Below the pieces are notes generated by a model. The model did not search any database. It was not told where the DNA came from and saw only the letters and a list, made by a program, of their open reading frames with translations. From positions 238,064-302,063 of the IMG/VR virus record IMGVR_UViG_3300021077_000115: a stretch of 64,000 nt of DNA. One strand, given 5' to 3'. Origin of the DNA: a virus. Shown here in pieces: positions 1 through 8,195 of the stretch. The position numbers and the translations under genes were made by a program. Numbering within the stretch: the first letter of the stretch is position 1; each line of letters starts with the position of its first letter.

Positions 1-159
1 GAATACTAATCGACAATCCTATATTTAAATTCTTTCCATATTTCTTTGAGGATTTTACTATAGTTATCAATTGATTTTCAAGTTCGTCAAGCGCCACCGA
101 AAGATCTCCGCCAATTGCCCGATTAAGTGCCTCTTCTGCTTTTTTGATATCGTACATAT
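1..159 (-). CDS. hypothetical protein, partial: the ORF starts at ATG 159 and runs off the window start
   Basis: The minus-strand reading frame from the ATG at 157-159 is open to position 1 (MYDIKKAEEALNRAIGGDLSVALDELENQL...). It lies in the same orientation as its neighbours. Confidence 0.35.
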
Positions 160-212
160 TTACTCCTAATATTTAACTTATAATTCTATTATGAACCCAC
201 GGCCATCCTCGA

Positions 213-581
213 TTAGAAGTTCTTAACTAACTTAACTAATGATGTATTGGCATCTTTTACAGTAATCTTCTTTCTAAGTAATCTTGGTATATCAAGCTCT
301 GGTTTCTCAAGCATGCTTAGTAAATGTGGATTATCTAATTGTTTGAGAGCCTCTGCTTCATCTACTGCAAATGTTTGGAAGCGTATCTTGGCAGGAACTA
401 ATCCCTCAACTAATACAATAAACCTTTGTCGAGGTTTTGGAGCCTCCGCCTTCTTTTGAACTGGCCTTTTACTTTCACCTTTCTTTTCTACCATAACTCT
501 CCTATGTTTTAGATTGTCTTCCAGGTCTGACACACGTTCCTTTATATGGACGCCAAGTTTTCCAAATCTTGTACAATTCAA
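213..581 (-). CDS. hypothetical protein (122 aa, Lys/Pro-rich middle)
   Basis: ORF from the six-frame track. The overlapping plus-strand ORF 247..459 has low-complexity Ser/Phe-rich content and looks like a shadow ORF. Confidence 0.45.
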   Translation of the reverse strand: MNCTRFGKLGVHIKERVSDLEDNLKHRRVMVEKKGESKRPVQKKAEAPKPRQRFIVLVEGLVPAKIRFQTFAVDEAEALKQLDNPHLLSMLEKPELDIPRLLRKKITVKDANTSLVKLVKNF

Positions 582-1434
582 ATTTCCTAGATAATGAGAA
601 GTTTGAATTTTCGTATATATGATTCAAAAAAGATAAAGCGTGTCTTCCAACAAAATACACATCAGTTTTACCAACACAACTATTTATATCATACTTATCG
701 CAAAACTTCTCAATATCAAATCTCATAGCATCTGAATATGATGTTATCTTACATCTTGGAGATGTACATCCGAACCAAGGATTTGTAATACTACCATCAC
801 TATCACTCAGCCCCCTAATAAAGTGCCACATTAATTCATCCGGTAGGTTTGGTAAAGATAATGAGTAGCATTTTTTACCAGGAACTATCCTAAGATGACC
901 GCAAATATCTTCTACAATTCTTGTTGAGTTTATTTTCACAGATAGGCAGTTTTCATCAGGTACTATATTGAGTGTCGGCGCAACAAATGATCGTAGTAAA
1001 TTCAAGCTCTCCACATCGTTTTTGTTGGCGTGAAGAGCAATCCGTTTGTTGTCGATGCTGCCATCACCAGCTATCAAACCTAATAGGTAAGCCTTGATTT
1101 CCGAGTCTATTTCTAAGAAACACGTTTCATTCTTTCGGTGTACAAACGCACCATTTCTTTCCCCAACATTCACCGACTTGTTATAGCAGTATGTGCAAAT
1201 ATCTTTATCTTGATTTTTTAATCTAGACTTTACAATCCACCTGTATCCCTTTAAATATCGACCCTTACATTTGATAGAAGATTTTAAGTCACACTCTATC
1301 AGTACCTTAGAATTTGTATTTTTGTAACTAGATAGGTCTACAATAACCATGACATCCCTCACATTTTCCACAAAAGAAACGAAAATATTCAATTTATTGC
1401 TATCCGTAGTTACTACTAAAACACCAAGTACCAT
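502..1434 (-). CDS. free-standing LAGLIDADG homing endonuclease with a Cys-rich N-terminal extension. The true start is probably an internal Met near 1350, because the annotated start overlaps the divergent cca gene.
   Basis: Two LAGLIDADG-type motifs are visible in the translation: YLLGLIAGDGSIDNK and HFIRGLSDSDGSI. A C-x2-C...C-x-C cluster sits N-terminal to them. The gene lies between unrelated genes and is not inside an ORF. Confidence 0.75.
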   Translation of the reverse strand: MVLGVLVVTTDSNKLNIFVSFVENVRDVMVIVDLSSYKNTNSKVLIECDLKSSIKCKGRYLKGYRWIVKSRLKNQDKDICTYCYNKSVNVGERNGAFVHRKNETCFLEIDSEIKAYLLGLIAGDGSIDNKRIALHANKNDVESLNLLRSFVAPTLNIVPDENCLSVKINSTRIVEDICGHLRIVPGKKCYSLSLPNLPDELMWHFIRGLSDSDGSITNPWFGCTSPRCKITSYSDAMRFDIEKFCDKYDINSCVGKTDVYFVGRHALSFLNHIYENSNFSLSRKFELYKIWKTWRPYKGTCVRPGRQSKT

Positions 1435-2941
1435 TCTACGAGTAGCTGGGGGTTATATTAGGGATAAGTTATTATGCCTAGATTCCAATGACATAGATAT
1501 TACCGTTGATAATATGACTGGCGAAGCTTTTGCCAATTTAGTCAGCAACTACATGACTGAACATGGACTCAAAAAGCAGAACGTTACTGTTGTAGGGGCA
1601 AACCCAGATCAATCGAAACATCTAGCTACTGCTATGATCAAACTGTTCGGGCTGCCGATCGACTTCGTGAATCTGCGTACAGAGACATACGCAACAAGCC
1701 GAATCCCAACCATGAAAATGGGCACCCCCGAAGAGGATGCTCAACGTAGAGATCTTACCATCAACTCGCTGTTCTACAATATTAATAATGGCGAAATTGA
1801 GGATTATGTAGGCGGAATCAAAGACCTTCGTGCAGGCATTGCGCGCACCCCTCTCGATCCGATGCAAACATTTCTTGACGATCCTTTGCGCATTCTTCGA
1901 ACGGTTAGGTTTGCGGCTAAGTACGGACTGGAACTTGATCCGGCTATCATTACAGCTGCTCACAAACCAGAAGTCAAAAAATCATTCAAGAACAAGATTT
2001 CAAATGATCGCATCTGGGCTGAGCTTGCCGGCAAGAAAGAAGGCGACAAGTACAAGGCCGGTGCTCTGATTGGCCAAAACCCAACACGCGCCATCGAGCT
2101 GCTAAAAGAGCTTGGCTTGATGGAGGCGATATTTGACCCCACACCAGAAGAGGTCAAGAACCTGGCTCCGCCCCCAAAGCCGCCAGAAGACCCAAACGTC
2201 CCTGTTGAACCACCGCGCGAAGAACGAATGGTTCCATGGGAAACTCCACAGAACAACCCTCATCATCAGTTCGATATTTGGAATCATACTCTGCAAGTGG
2301 TGAAGAATCTAATTGATCAAACACCACAACCAATTCGTGAAGACCAAGAGACGTACCTTGTGCGTAACCTAGCAGCATTGCTGCATGACATAGGAAAACG
2401 ATACACTGGAATTCAACGCACTTCGGAGAACGGCGGTCATACCTCATATCATGGACATGAGGAAACCTCTGCTAGATTGGCTAATGCCGTACTAAACAGA
2501 TTGCGAGTTCCACAGAATATTATCAAAAGAGTTATGGATTTGATTTCTGTGCACTTGCGCCCTCATACCCTATTGGATCAGGGAAGTTCCAGGAACTATC
2601 GAAGATTCGTTCGTGATTATCCTGATTGGGAGCATAGTGTCGATCTTGCTATTGCTGACAATCTTGGGAAGCAAAACTTCACTCAGGAACAAGTAGAAAC
2701 TGAGAAACAAAAGTACGAAGACTTGCGTGGAAAAATCCAAGAATCCATGCAGTGGTCAAACCATAACCCACGACACAACCGGACTATTCCTCGTCCAATT
2801 ACTGGCAATGACCTCATTGCCATTGGTATAAAGCCAGGCCAAATCATGGGTCAGATTATGGCGGCTCTCGACGAAGCCCTGCTGGACAATCCAGGTATGA
2901 GCAAAGAAGAAGCTCTTGATTTAGCAAGAACCTTTATTTGA
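1349..2941 (+). CDS. cca: CCA-adding enzyme / tRNA nucleotidyltransferase (class II polymerase-beta head) with a C-terminal HD phosphohydrolase domain
   Basis: ILRVAGGYIRDKLL...DIDITV matches the GG-x-x-RD / D-x-D head motif. RRDLTINSLFYN matches the class II signature RRDLTIN. LLHDIGK is an HD motif near residue 345. The 530 aa length fits. Confidence 0.85.
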   Translation: MTSLTFSTKETKIFNLLLSVVTTKTPSTILRVAGGYIRDKLLCLDSNDIDITVDNMTGEAFANLVSNYMTEHGLKKQNVTVVGANPDQSKHLATAMIKLFGLPIDFVNLRTETYATSRIPTMKMGTPEEDAQRRDLTINSLFYNINNGEIEDYVGGIKDLRAGIARTPLDPMQTFLDDPLRILRTVRFAAKYGLELDPAIITAAHKPEVKKSFKNKISNDRIWAELAGKKEGDKYKAGALIGQNPTRAIELLKELGLMEAIFDPTPEEVKNLAPPPKPPEDPNVPVEPPREERMVPWETPQNNPHHQFDIWNHTLQVVKNLIDQTPQPIREDQETYLVRNLAALLHDIGKRYTGIQRTSENGGHTSYHGHEETSARLANAVLNRLRVPQNIIKRVMDLISVHLRPHTLLDQGSSRNYRRFVRDYPDWEHSVDLAIADNLGKQNFTQEQVETEKQKYEDLRGKIQESMQWSNHNPRHNRTIPRPITGNDLIAIGIKPGQIMGQIMAALDEALLDNPGMSKEEALDLARTFI

Positions 2942-3109
2942 TGCTTCTGCCTTTGCTTTAGAAAACTCCTCTATAAGTTCTGGCTTGGCAGAAAATACAC
3001 AATTTTCATCACGCGCTGTATCACGGCATCCATTTTCATGTTTACAGTATTCACAAGTCCATGCCCTGTGAAGTTCATATAAAGTTTCTGGTTTCCAGAG
3101 TCCCATCAT
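2921..3109 (-). CDS. small Cys-rich hypothetical protein (62 aa)
   Basis: ORF in operon orientation. Motifs CEYCKHENGC and C..F form a possible zinc-binding arrangement. Confidence 0.3.
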   Translation of the reverse strand: MMGLWKPETLYELHRAWTCEYCKHENGCRDTARDENCVFSAKPELIEEFSKAKAEASNKGSC

Positions 3110-3115
3110 GTTTCC

Positions 3116-3367
3116 TTACTGCGTAGATTGGTTTCGATAATCGCGCAACCTGCGCCTAACGATTCCCAGATACAATTCAACCTCCTCTTCATCCTCAAGT
3201 GGTCCGAAGAGGTACATGACAACAGCCAGACAAGCTGTATGCTCTAGGGTTTTTGTGTCTGGGAATTGCTTTTCGAAGTTTTCGACAAGCTCCACTATAC
3301 GCGGCTTGTATCGACTATCATCATTCCACGATTTATTCTTGCAAATCTCTTCCCATTCTTTAATCAT
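3116..3367 (-). CDS. hypothetical protein (83 aa)
   Basis: ORF in the same orientation; its ATG overlaps the stop of the upstream ORF. Confidence 0.4.
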   Translation of the reverse strand: MIKEWEEICKNKSWNDDSRYKPRIVELVENFEKQFPDTKTLEHTACLAVVMYLFGPLEDEEEVELYLGIVRRRLRDYRNQSTQ

Positions 3368-3621
3368 TTTTCATCTCCAACAATAACTGTCCTAATAGCC
3401 CTAGGATGGCCGGATAATGCGCGAGGATTAATGAACCCAATTCCAATACGCTCAACTATTCTAAATTCTCCACCCAGTAAGTCAGGTAATACTTCTGGCT
3501 TTGGCCCCTTCCAGATATGTCTTTCAGGATTAATTGGAGTCATCTCAATTACAATCTCATTAGCAGGATGAAGATCATCCTCGGTAATATCTGGGTAGCC
3601 TTCTCTTTTAATAACAATCAT
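3364..3621 (-). CDS. hypothetical protein (85 aa)
   Basis: ORF translationally coupled to the guaC stop (4-nt overlap). Confidence 0.4.
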   Translation of the reverse strand: MIVIKREGYPDITEDDLHPANEIVIEMTPINPERHIWKGPKPEVLPDLLGGEFRIVERIGIGFINPRALSGHPRAIRTVIVGDEK

Positions 3622-4652
3622 AGTATGATGCTATGTGGATGTGATTCTTTCAAGCCAGCATTGGATATTACTACAAACTCAGGATCTAATTTCAGTTCTT
3701 TAAGATTGCGCGCACCTTGATATGAGCACCCACTTCTTATACCCTCAGTAAGTTTAATAACAACGTCAGCAACTTTTCCCTTATAGGGGACAAGGGCAAC
3801 AACACCCTCTATATGATTTTGTTTATGGGTAGAGCTACCCTCATACTTCTTGAATTTTGAACCTCCATCTAAGATGCCTGTGGGCCTATAACGATCATCA
3901 ATAACCGAACCTGGCGCTTCATCAGTTCCAGCAAATAGATTGCCAATCATTACCAGATCTGCAAAGGCCAAAGCCTTCACACAATCACCTGCGCTCTTGA
4001 TTCCGCCATCGGCTATAAATATTGGCCATTCGCCATCGTGCTCACCATAGCAACCATTGCATACGTTGTCTAAAGCGCTGAGTTGTGGATATCCATTGCC
4101 AGTCTCAATTCTTGTTGTGCAAAGAGATCCTGGCCCAACACCAATCTTGATAATATCAGCTCCAGCACTCCACAGATGATTGGCCCCGGTCTCAGTAACC
4201 ACATTACCAGCTATAATAAGAATGCTTGGATATTTGGCGCGAATATCTGCAACAAAATCATATACTTTATCATGATCTCCATGGGCAACATCTACGCAAA
4301 TTACATTGCACCCAATGTTATAGAAATCACTTACTAATACTTTATCCTCATCCTTTATACCAACTGAAACCCCAATCAACCCATCAGATACCGAGTTCCT
4401 AGCTGTATCGAAGTTCTTTAGAAGAGTTATATGGTCATCAAACCGATGAAGGATAGGGAGCCCGCCAAGATTGGCTATGGCAATTGTCATCTTAATTTCG
4501 GTAACAGTCTTCATATTTGCCGAAAGAATAGGCAACTTCAAACTATTACCTTTTGGTAACCTAACTGATAAATCTACATCATCGCGAGATTTGAGAGAGC
4601 TGCGTTTGGGGATTAGAAGCACATCGTCAAAAGTATATCCTTGAGTGAACAT
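3618..4652 (-). CDS. guaC: GMP reductase (IMPDH/GMPR family without a CBS subdomain)
   Basis: The N-terminus FDDVLLIPKRSSLKSRDDVDL is nearly identical to E. coli GuaC [21 protein letters not shown]. The catalytic loop IKIGVGPGSLCTTRIETGNGYPQLSAL matches [27 protein letters not shown]. The 344 aa length fits. Confidence 0.9.
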   Translation of the reverse strand: MFTQGYTFDDVLLIPKRSSLKSRDDVDLSVRLPKGNSLKLPILSANMKTVTEIKMTIAIANLGGLPILHRFDDHITLLKNFDTARNSVSDGLIGVSVGIKDEDKVLVSDFYNIGCNVICVDVAHGDHDKVYDFVADIRAKYPSILIIAGNVVTETGANHLWSAGADIIKIGVGPGSLCTTRIETGNGYPQLSALDNVCNGCYGEHDGEWPIFIADGGIKSAGDCVKALAFADLVMIGNLFAGTDEAPGSVIDDRYRPTGILDGGSKFKKYEGSSTHKQNHIEGVVALVPYKGKVADVVIKLTEGIRSGCSYQGARNLKELKLDPEFVVISNAGLKESHPHSIIL

Positions 4653-4701
4653 GTGTACTAAATAGTACGGCGAAAAGTATGCGCTCTCGACGATTCTTAT
4701 A

Positions 4702-4730
4702 TTGACAGCTCTAAATTGATGTGCATATTG
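4702..4730 (+). promoter_or_regulatory. candidate sigma70-like promoter (TTGACA, 17 nt spacer, ATATTG) in the divergent guaC/groES intergenic region
   Basis: TTGACA at 4702-4707 followed 17 nt later by ATATTG. The -10 element is weak. A GAGGAT Shine-Dalgarno sits 6 nt before the ATG at 4813. Confidence 0.2.
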
Positions 4731-4812
4731 AAACCCAACGAGGAATCCAGAAGGGAGCCCTAGGTATGCTTAGAGGTAGCTCGATACCTTATAAATCGAG
4801 ACGAGGATAGTC

Positions 4813-5154
4813 ATGATTATTAAAATGAGAAACGGTAATATAGCTCTCGAAGAGTTAGCTTCTAACGAAAGAACGTCTGGTGGAATTTACATTCCAACAA
4901 CAGCCGCTCGTATAGGAAGTCTACGGCACGGTAAAGTAGTTGAAGTTGGCCCCGGTGAATTGGTTCAGGGTCAGTTCGTAGCGGTAGATTTTGAAAAGGG
5001 ACAAGAAGTAATCTTTGATGTTTCGCGCTCAGAAACCATAGAGGTTGACGGCAGAAAATTGACCATATGTAATATGGTTGATATTATAGCTATCGTAAGC
5101 GCTAAGCACTTGTCAGTAGTTCCGACAGCCACAATCCCAAATGAAACCGCTTAA
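4813..5154 (+). CDS. groES: co-chaperonin GroES-like (Cpn10)
   Basis: ERTSGGIYIPTTAA..GKVVEVGPG matches the GroES pattern (TAGGIVLPdsA...GeVvAVGpG). The 113 aa length is slightly long for Cpn10. Confidence 0.7.
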   Translation: MIIKMRNGNIALEELASNERTSGGIYIPTTAARIGSLRHGKVVEVGPGELVQGQFVAVDFEKGQEVIFDVSRSETIEVDGRKLTICNMVDIIAIVSAKHLSVVPTATIPNETA

Positions 5155-5351
5155 TTAGGCGCTTCATCTGAGACGGCATCTGGCTCTACGGCGTATACTT
5201 CTATCGAACCATCACTGTTAAGTTCGCACGTGATTTCTCCATCGAAATCATCTGGGAGATCTCTATACCAGATTGCAAAGGAAATGTATTCAAGCGCTTC
5301 TTTAACAGAAAGAGTCTTGTGTCGTGTTACTGCCGGCATAACTATCTCCAA
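5151..5351 (-). CDS. hypothetical small acidic protein (66 aa)
   Basis: ORF convergent with groES. Confidence 0.3.
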   Translation of the reverse strand: MEIVMPAVTRHKTLSVKEALEYISFAIWYRDLPDDFDGEITCELNSDGSIEVYAVEPDAVSDEAPN

Positions 5352-5392
5352 TAGTGATCTTGCGTAAGCAAGTGTCTATTAGATATATAACA

Positions 5393-6094
5393 CTATGCCA
5401 AGGAAAGATGTGTCCGCATATTTTTTGCGGCCTCTTCGTCTGACCTAAAATTATTGATATCAAACAATATACCATTATGGTATTCATTACCCATGGTAAT
5501 ATTATCTTGCCTATCATCAAAATACTTTACTTCTCTTCCCCATCCATAATTAATTAAGAAGCTCTGGAAAAACAATCTAGTTGGTTTTCTTGCCCCAACA
5601 TCACAAGAGAAGTGTTGGATACACTTATTAAATATCTTGCAATTATCACGAACGAAATAAGCGTGATCTGGTCCTATATTAGATAGAAGGGCAACATCAT
5701 AATTATTACCAATCAATTCTTCTACAAGATCTATCATTGGTAATGATGGTGAGAATGTTTCCATCCATCTGTCATGAATATCCTGTAGTGTCTTATTTGA
5801 TAGATGTGGATTTAGTTGATAGAAGCTTTGCTTTATATCGTATAACCCAATTTCCTGAGAGTGCTGAAAGCTGCCTCCCATGAACTCATAAGCCAAACTG
5901 GTATTCTCAACTATATTGAGACCAATCAACAGATCTAATAGTGGGGTAAGATCAAAATGAAATAAGACATTCCCAATATCAAATGCGACCTTCCTAACCG
6001 GACTAATCTGAATGTAATCTTTCGTCAAGCTGCCTCCATTTTTGAACAGATAGAGATGGGTGGGGAGCTGAACGCTCGACCTGCCTCTTGACAA
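5393..6094 (-). CDS. hypothetical protein, possibly a HAD-like hydrolase. The annotated start overlaps the upstream gene by 92 nt, so a downstream alternative start is likely.
   Basis: VAFDIGNVLF resembles a degenerate HAD motif I (D-x-D, with the second Asp replaced). SCDVGARKPTRLFF resembles HAD motif III (K-P). Confidence 0.4.
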   Translation of the reverse strand: MSRGRSSVQLPTHLYLFKNGGSLTKDYIQISPVRKVAFDIGNVLFHFDLTPLLDLLIGLNIVENTSLAYEFMGGSFQHSQEIGLYDIKQSFYQLNPHLSNKTLQDIHDRWMETFSPSLPMIDLVEELIGNNYDVALLSNIGPDHAYFVRDNCKIFNKCIQHFSCDVGARKPTRLFFQSFLINYGWGREVKYFDDRQDNITMGNEYHNGILFDINNFRSDEEAAKNMRTHLSLA

Positions 6095-6854
6095 AATCCA
6101 TATTCATTGATCTGCCAATATTAATCGCAACTCCATACCACTGCAACAATTGCGCATTTAGCACTTGTTCAATTTCTGATGGATTGGGACTTATAAAGAA
6201 AGACTTCCCAGAATACAAACAATCTGATACAAAGCTTGTTTCGCCTGTAGTTACCAAAGAGTTTTCAGGAATTAGTCTTTGAATATTTGATATGTCTATT
6301 TCTGATGTCAACTCTTTAGGGCTTGTAGTATATGGTCTTACCCACTCAAAGCCGCGCTTCAATAATGGCCTAGCTGAAATATCACAGAGTGGAGAATACA
6401 CTAGATAAGCGTCACCACGCGGTAGTGATTTGAGATACAGTTTCGTTGTATCCATTATCTTGGTATTCAGCTCTTTTCGTTCATGCTCAATACCAATCAT
6501 CTGGAGCATTGGACTGCAATACCATAGCGGAACTTCCAATACTTTTGCAACCATCGCTGTGAAGAACTCACAATCGCTGATCACTAATTCTGGTCCCCAC
6601 TCCAATAGATCATTGATGATCATGTCTGCCATATCATGATCCACTGGTGGTCCGGCAATCCCATACTTATCTTTGAAGTAGTTCTTCTCACATCGGACAG
6701 ATAGTGCATCCAAACACCAATCTATAGATTGTAGATATATACTATTTCTATAGTAAGCGGCAATGCTAACCTCATGTTCCTGAGCATGCTGAAGAAATCG
6801 AGACAACATGATATTGGAACCTATGTTATTGTTAGCTCCAAACAGAATTTTCAT
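6003..6854 (-). CDS. GT-B fold glycosyltransferase (GT1 / MurG-like C-terminal domain)
   Basis: The C-terminal segment TTGETSFVSDCLYSGKSFFISPNPSEIEQVLNAQLLQWYGVA resembles the GT-B nucleotide-sugar binding motif (hGGxgT..Eal..G.P.i..P...dQ..NA). Confidence 0.5.
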   Translation of the reverse strand: MKILFGANNNIGSNIMLSRFLQHAQEHEVSIAAYYRNSIYLQSIDWCLDALSVRCEKNYFKDKYGIAGPPVDHDMADMIINDLLEWGPELVISDCEFFTAMVAKVLEVPLWYCSPMLQMIGIEHERKELNTKIMDTTKLYLKSLPRGDAYLVYSPLCDISARPLLKRGFEWVRPYTTSPKELTSEIDISNIQRLIPENSLVTTGETSFVSDCLYSGKSFFISPNPSEIEQVLNAQLLQWYGVAINIGRSMNMDFVKRQVERSAPHPSLSVQKWRQLDERLHSD

Positions 6855-7066
6855 GCATTTCCAGTGTCATAGGCATTGAAGATCATGTCATCTTCTATTT
6901 CTACAGAATCACCAGGACATAGCGTTCCTGCACGCTGCATATCACCAACAACTTTGCCTCTGTAAGTTACACTTATGATTCTACTGGGATTATATCCAGC
7001 ACGAGAAAGTATCTCTTCATAAGTAAGTTTCAGTGGTTTTTTATTACCGTTTATTGTAATTTCCAT
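6851..7066 (-). CDS. small beta-grasp (ThiS/MoaD/TGS-like) protein without a C-terminal Gly-Gly
   Basis: MEITINGNKKPLKLTYEEIL...LCPGDSVEIEDDMI resembles the ThiS/MoaD/TGS beta-grasp fold. The protein ends ...DTGNA rather than GG. Confidence 0.35.
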   Translation of the reverse strand: MEITINGNKKPLKLTYEEILSRAGYNPSRIISVTYRGKVVGDMQRAGTLCPGDSVEIEDDMIFNAYDTGNA

Positions 7067-7446
7067 TATTCTTCCTCATTCGCAATCCAAGCTAGAACAT
7101 GACCATGGCATAGCTTAGGGCTACAAAAGCAGCCGAGCACTTTAGATTTCAATTCTCTCTTAATCATAGCCATCATTTCTGGCTGTGATCGTATCCATTC
7201 CTCATATTTTTTTACGGCCTCAGCTCTTGATTCAACTTTGAATTTTGCTAAAGTACCATCTTCATGGGAGAACGGATTTCCATATTTCGAAGGACGTCCA
7301 ATATAGACATCATAAGGTTTTTTACCTTTATTAACTACTAGATGCCAAATTTTTCTAAAATCCATATCGAAGTCCCAGCCCCAAATATCTATCATATCAT
7401 GATCAGATATATACAAACTTTCCTGTAACATATTATTTAAATACAC
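7066..7446 (-). CDS. DUF4326 family protein
   Basis: VYIGRPSKYGNPF ... KVLGCFCSPKLCHGHVL matches the DUF4326 hallmark (GR...GNPF and a C-x-C-x(4)-C-H motif). Confidence 0.6.
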   Translation of the reverse strand: MYLNNMLQESLYISDHDMIDIWGWDFDMDFRKIWHLVVNKGKKPYDVYIGRPSKYGNPFSHEDGTLAKFKVESRAEAVKKYEEWIRSQPEMMAMIKRELKSKVLGCFCSPKLCHGHVLAWIANEEE

Positions 7447-7476
7447 CTAATTTTAGACCATGTGGTCTTACGCGCA

Positions 7477-7644
7477 TTACGCTACCCTCGGATATAACAA
7501 CCAAATGATTTTTTTCTTTATAACCCTTGCCTTAGGAAGCTTGCTCTTATACAGAAAGAATAACCATTCCAACAGCTCATCATTTGCATAGTAAGCCACA
7601 TTGAATATTTTATCACTAATTCTTTCGTATTCTTTGTCAGTCAT
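7477..7644 (-). CDS. possible small ORF (55 aa) in a 220-bp intergenic gap
   Basis: ATG at 7642-7644, frame MTDKEYERISDKIFNVAYYANDELLEW... open to about 7477. It is not in the ORF track because it is under 60 aa. Confidence 0.2.
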   Translation of the reverse strand: MTDKEYERISDKIFNVAYYANDELLEWLFFLYKSKLPKARVIKKKIIWLLYPRVA

Positions 7645-7667
7645 CACTATCAACTATAGTTGTCAAA

Positions 7668-8195
7668 CTACATTTTATGAGCCATCAACTCAGAGCGAAT
7701 TTCCATCCACAACTTCCCCAATTGATTCCTACCATCCCTATTAGGTCCCCAGCCCCAGAAATCATCACGCCAAGAATTCTCCACAAGCTCACGATCGCCA
7801 GTAGCAAGAAGCTTGCGGCGTACATATTCATGCTGGTTGACTTTGGCGCGTAGAATATCTCGCATGATGTCAACCTTAACAAGATCCCAATCAATCAGAC
7901 GTATCGCCTTATTTTTCTCAGCAATTTTGAATGCTTCGTGAGCGCTTGGGGCTGTTTGAATAGCCGCTCGTACAATGATCTCTCCTGGAAATTTCTCCCA
8001 GTGGTAAGCAGCTTCGCTAGTGTCGAATCTCAAGTTCTTCCAACTTAAAGTAAATGCCGAGAAGTTGGATAATACGTAGAAATCTTGCTCGTAAAAGCAA
8101 ATACGCTCGTCAGTATCTAGGCCGTGATTCATATCAATTCCTTTCTGAGTAGGATTCACTAAATGCTGCAATGATTGGATCTTTGAGAACTGCAA
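7668..8195 (-). CDS. NADAR (YbiA / DUF1768) domain protein. The true start is probably the Met near 8132.
   Basis: FYEQDFYVLSNFSAF...FDTSEAAYHWEKF matches the NADAR signature (F...LSNF...F.S.EH/AY...KF). The annotated N-terminus overlaps the exonuclease gene by 62 nt. Confidence 0.75.
   Translation of the reverse strand: MQFSKIQSLQHLVNPTQKGIDMNHGLDTDERICFYEQDFYVLSNFSAFTLSWKNLRFDTSEAAYHWEKFPGEIIVRAAIQTAPSAHEAFKIAEKNKAIRLIDWDLVKVDIMRDILRAKVNQHEYVRRKLLATGDRELVENSWRDDFWGWGPNRDGRNQLGKLWMEIRSELMAHKM

Noticed and set aside
247-459. 70-aa plus-strand ORF overlapping the 122-aa minus-strand ORF
   Set aside because: Its S/F/L-rich low-complexity translation suggests a shadow ORF. The minus-strand ORF fits the local gene orientation better.
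6851-7066. Calling the 71-aa protein ThiS/MoaD (sulfur carrier) or ubiquitin-like conjugation substrate
   Set aside because: It has no C-terminal Gly-Gly and ends ...AYDTGNA. There is no E1-like adenylyltransferase nearby. Only a generic beta-grasp resemblance remains.
7447-7667. Short hairpin AGACCATGTGGTCT in the 220-bp intergenic gap as a regulatory element
   Set aside because: It is only a 6-bp stem with a 2-nt loop, there is no adjacent T-tract, and it is not repeated elsewhere in the window. This is insufficient to call it a terminator or operator.
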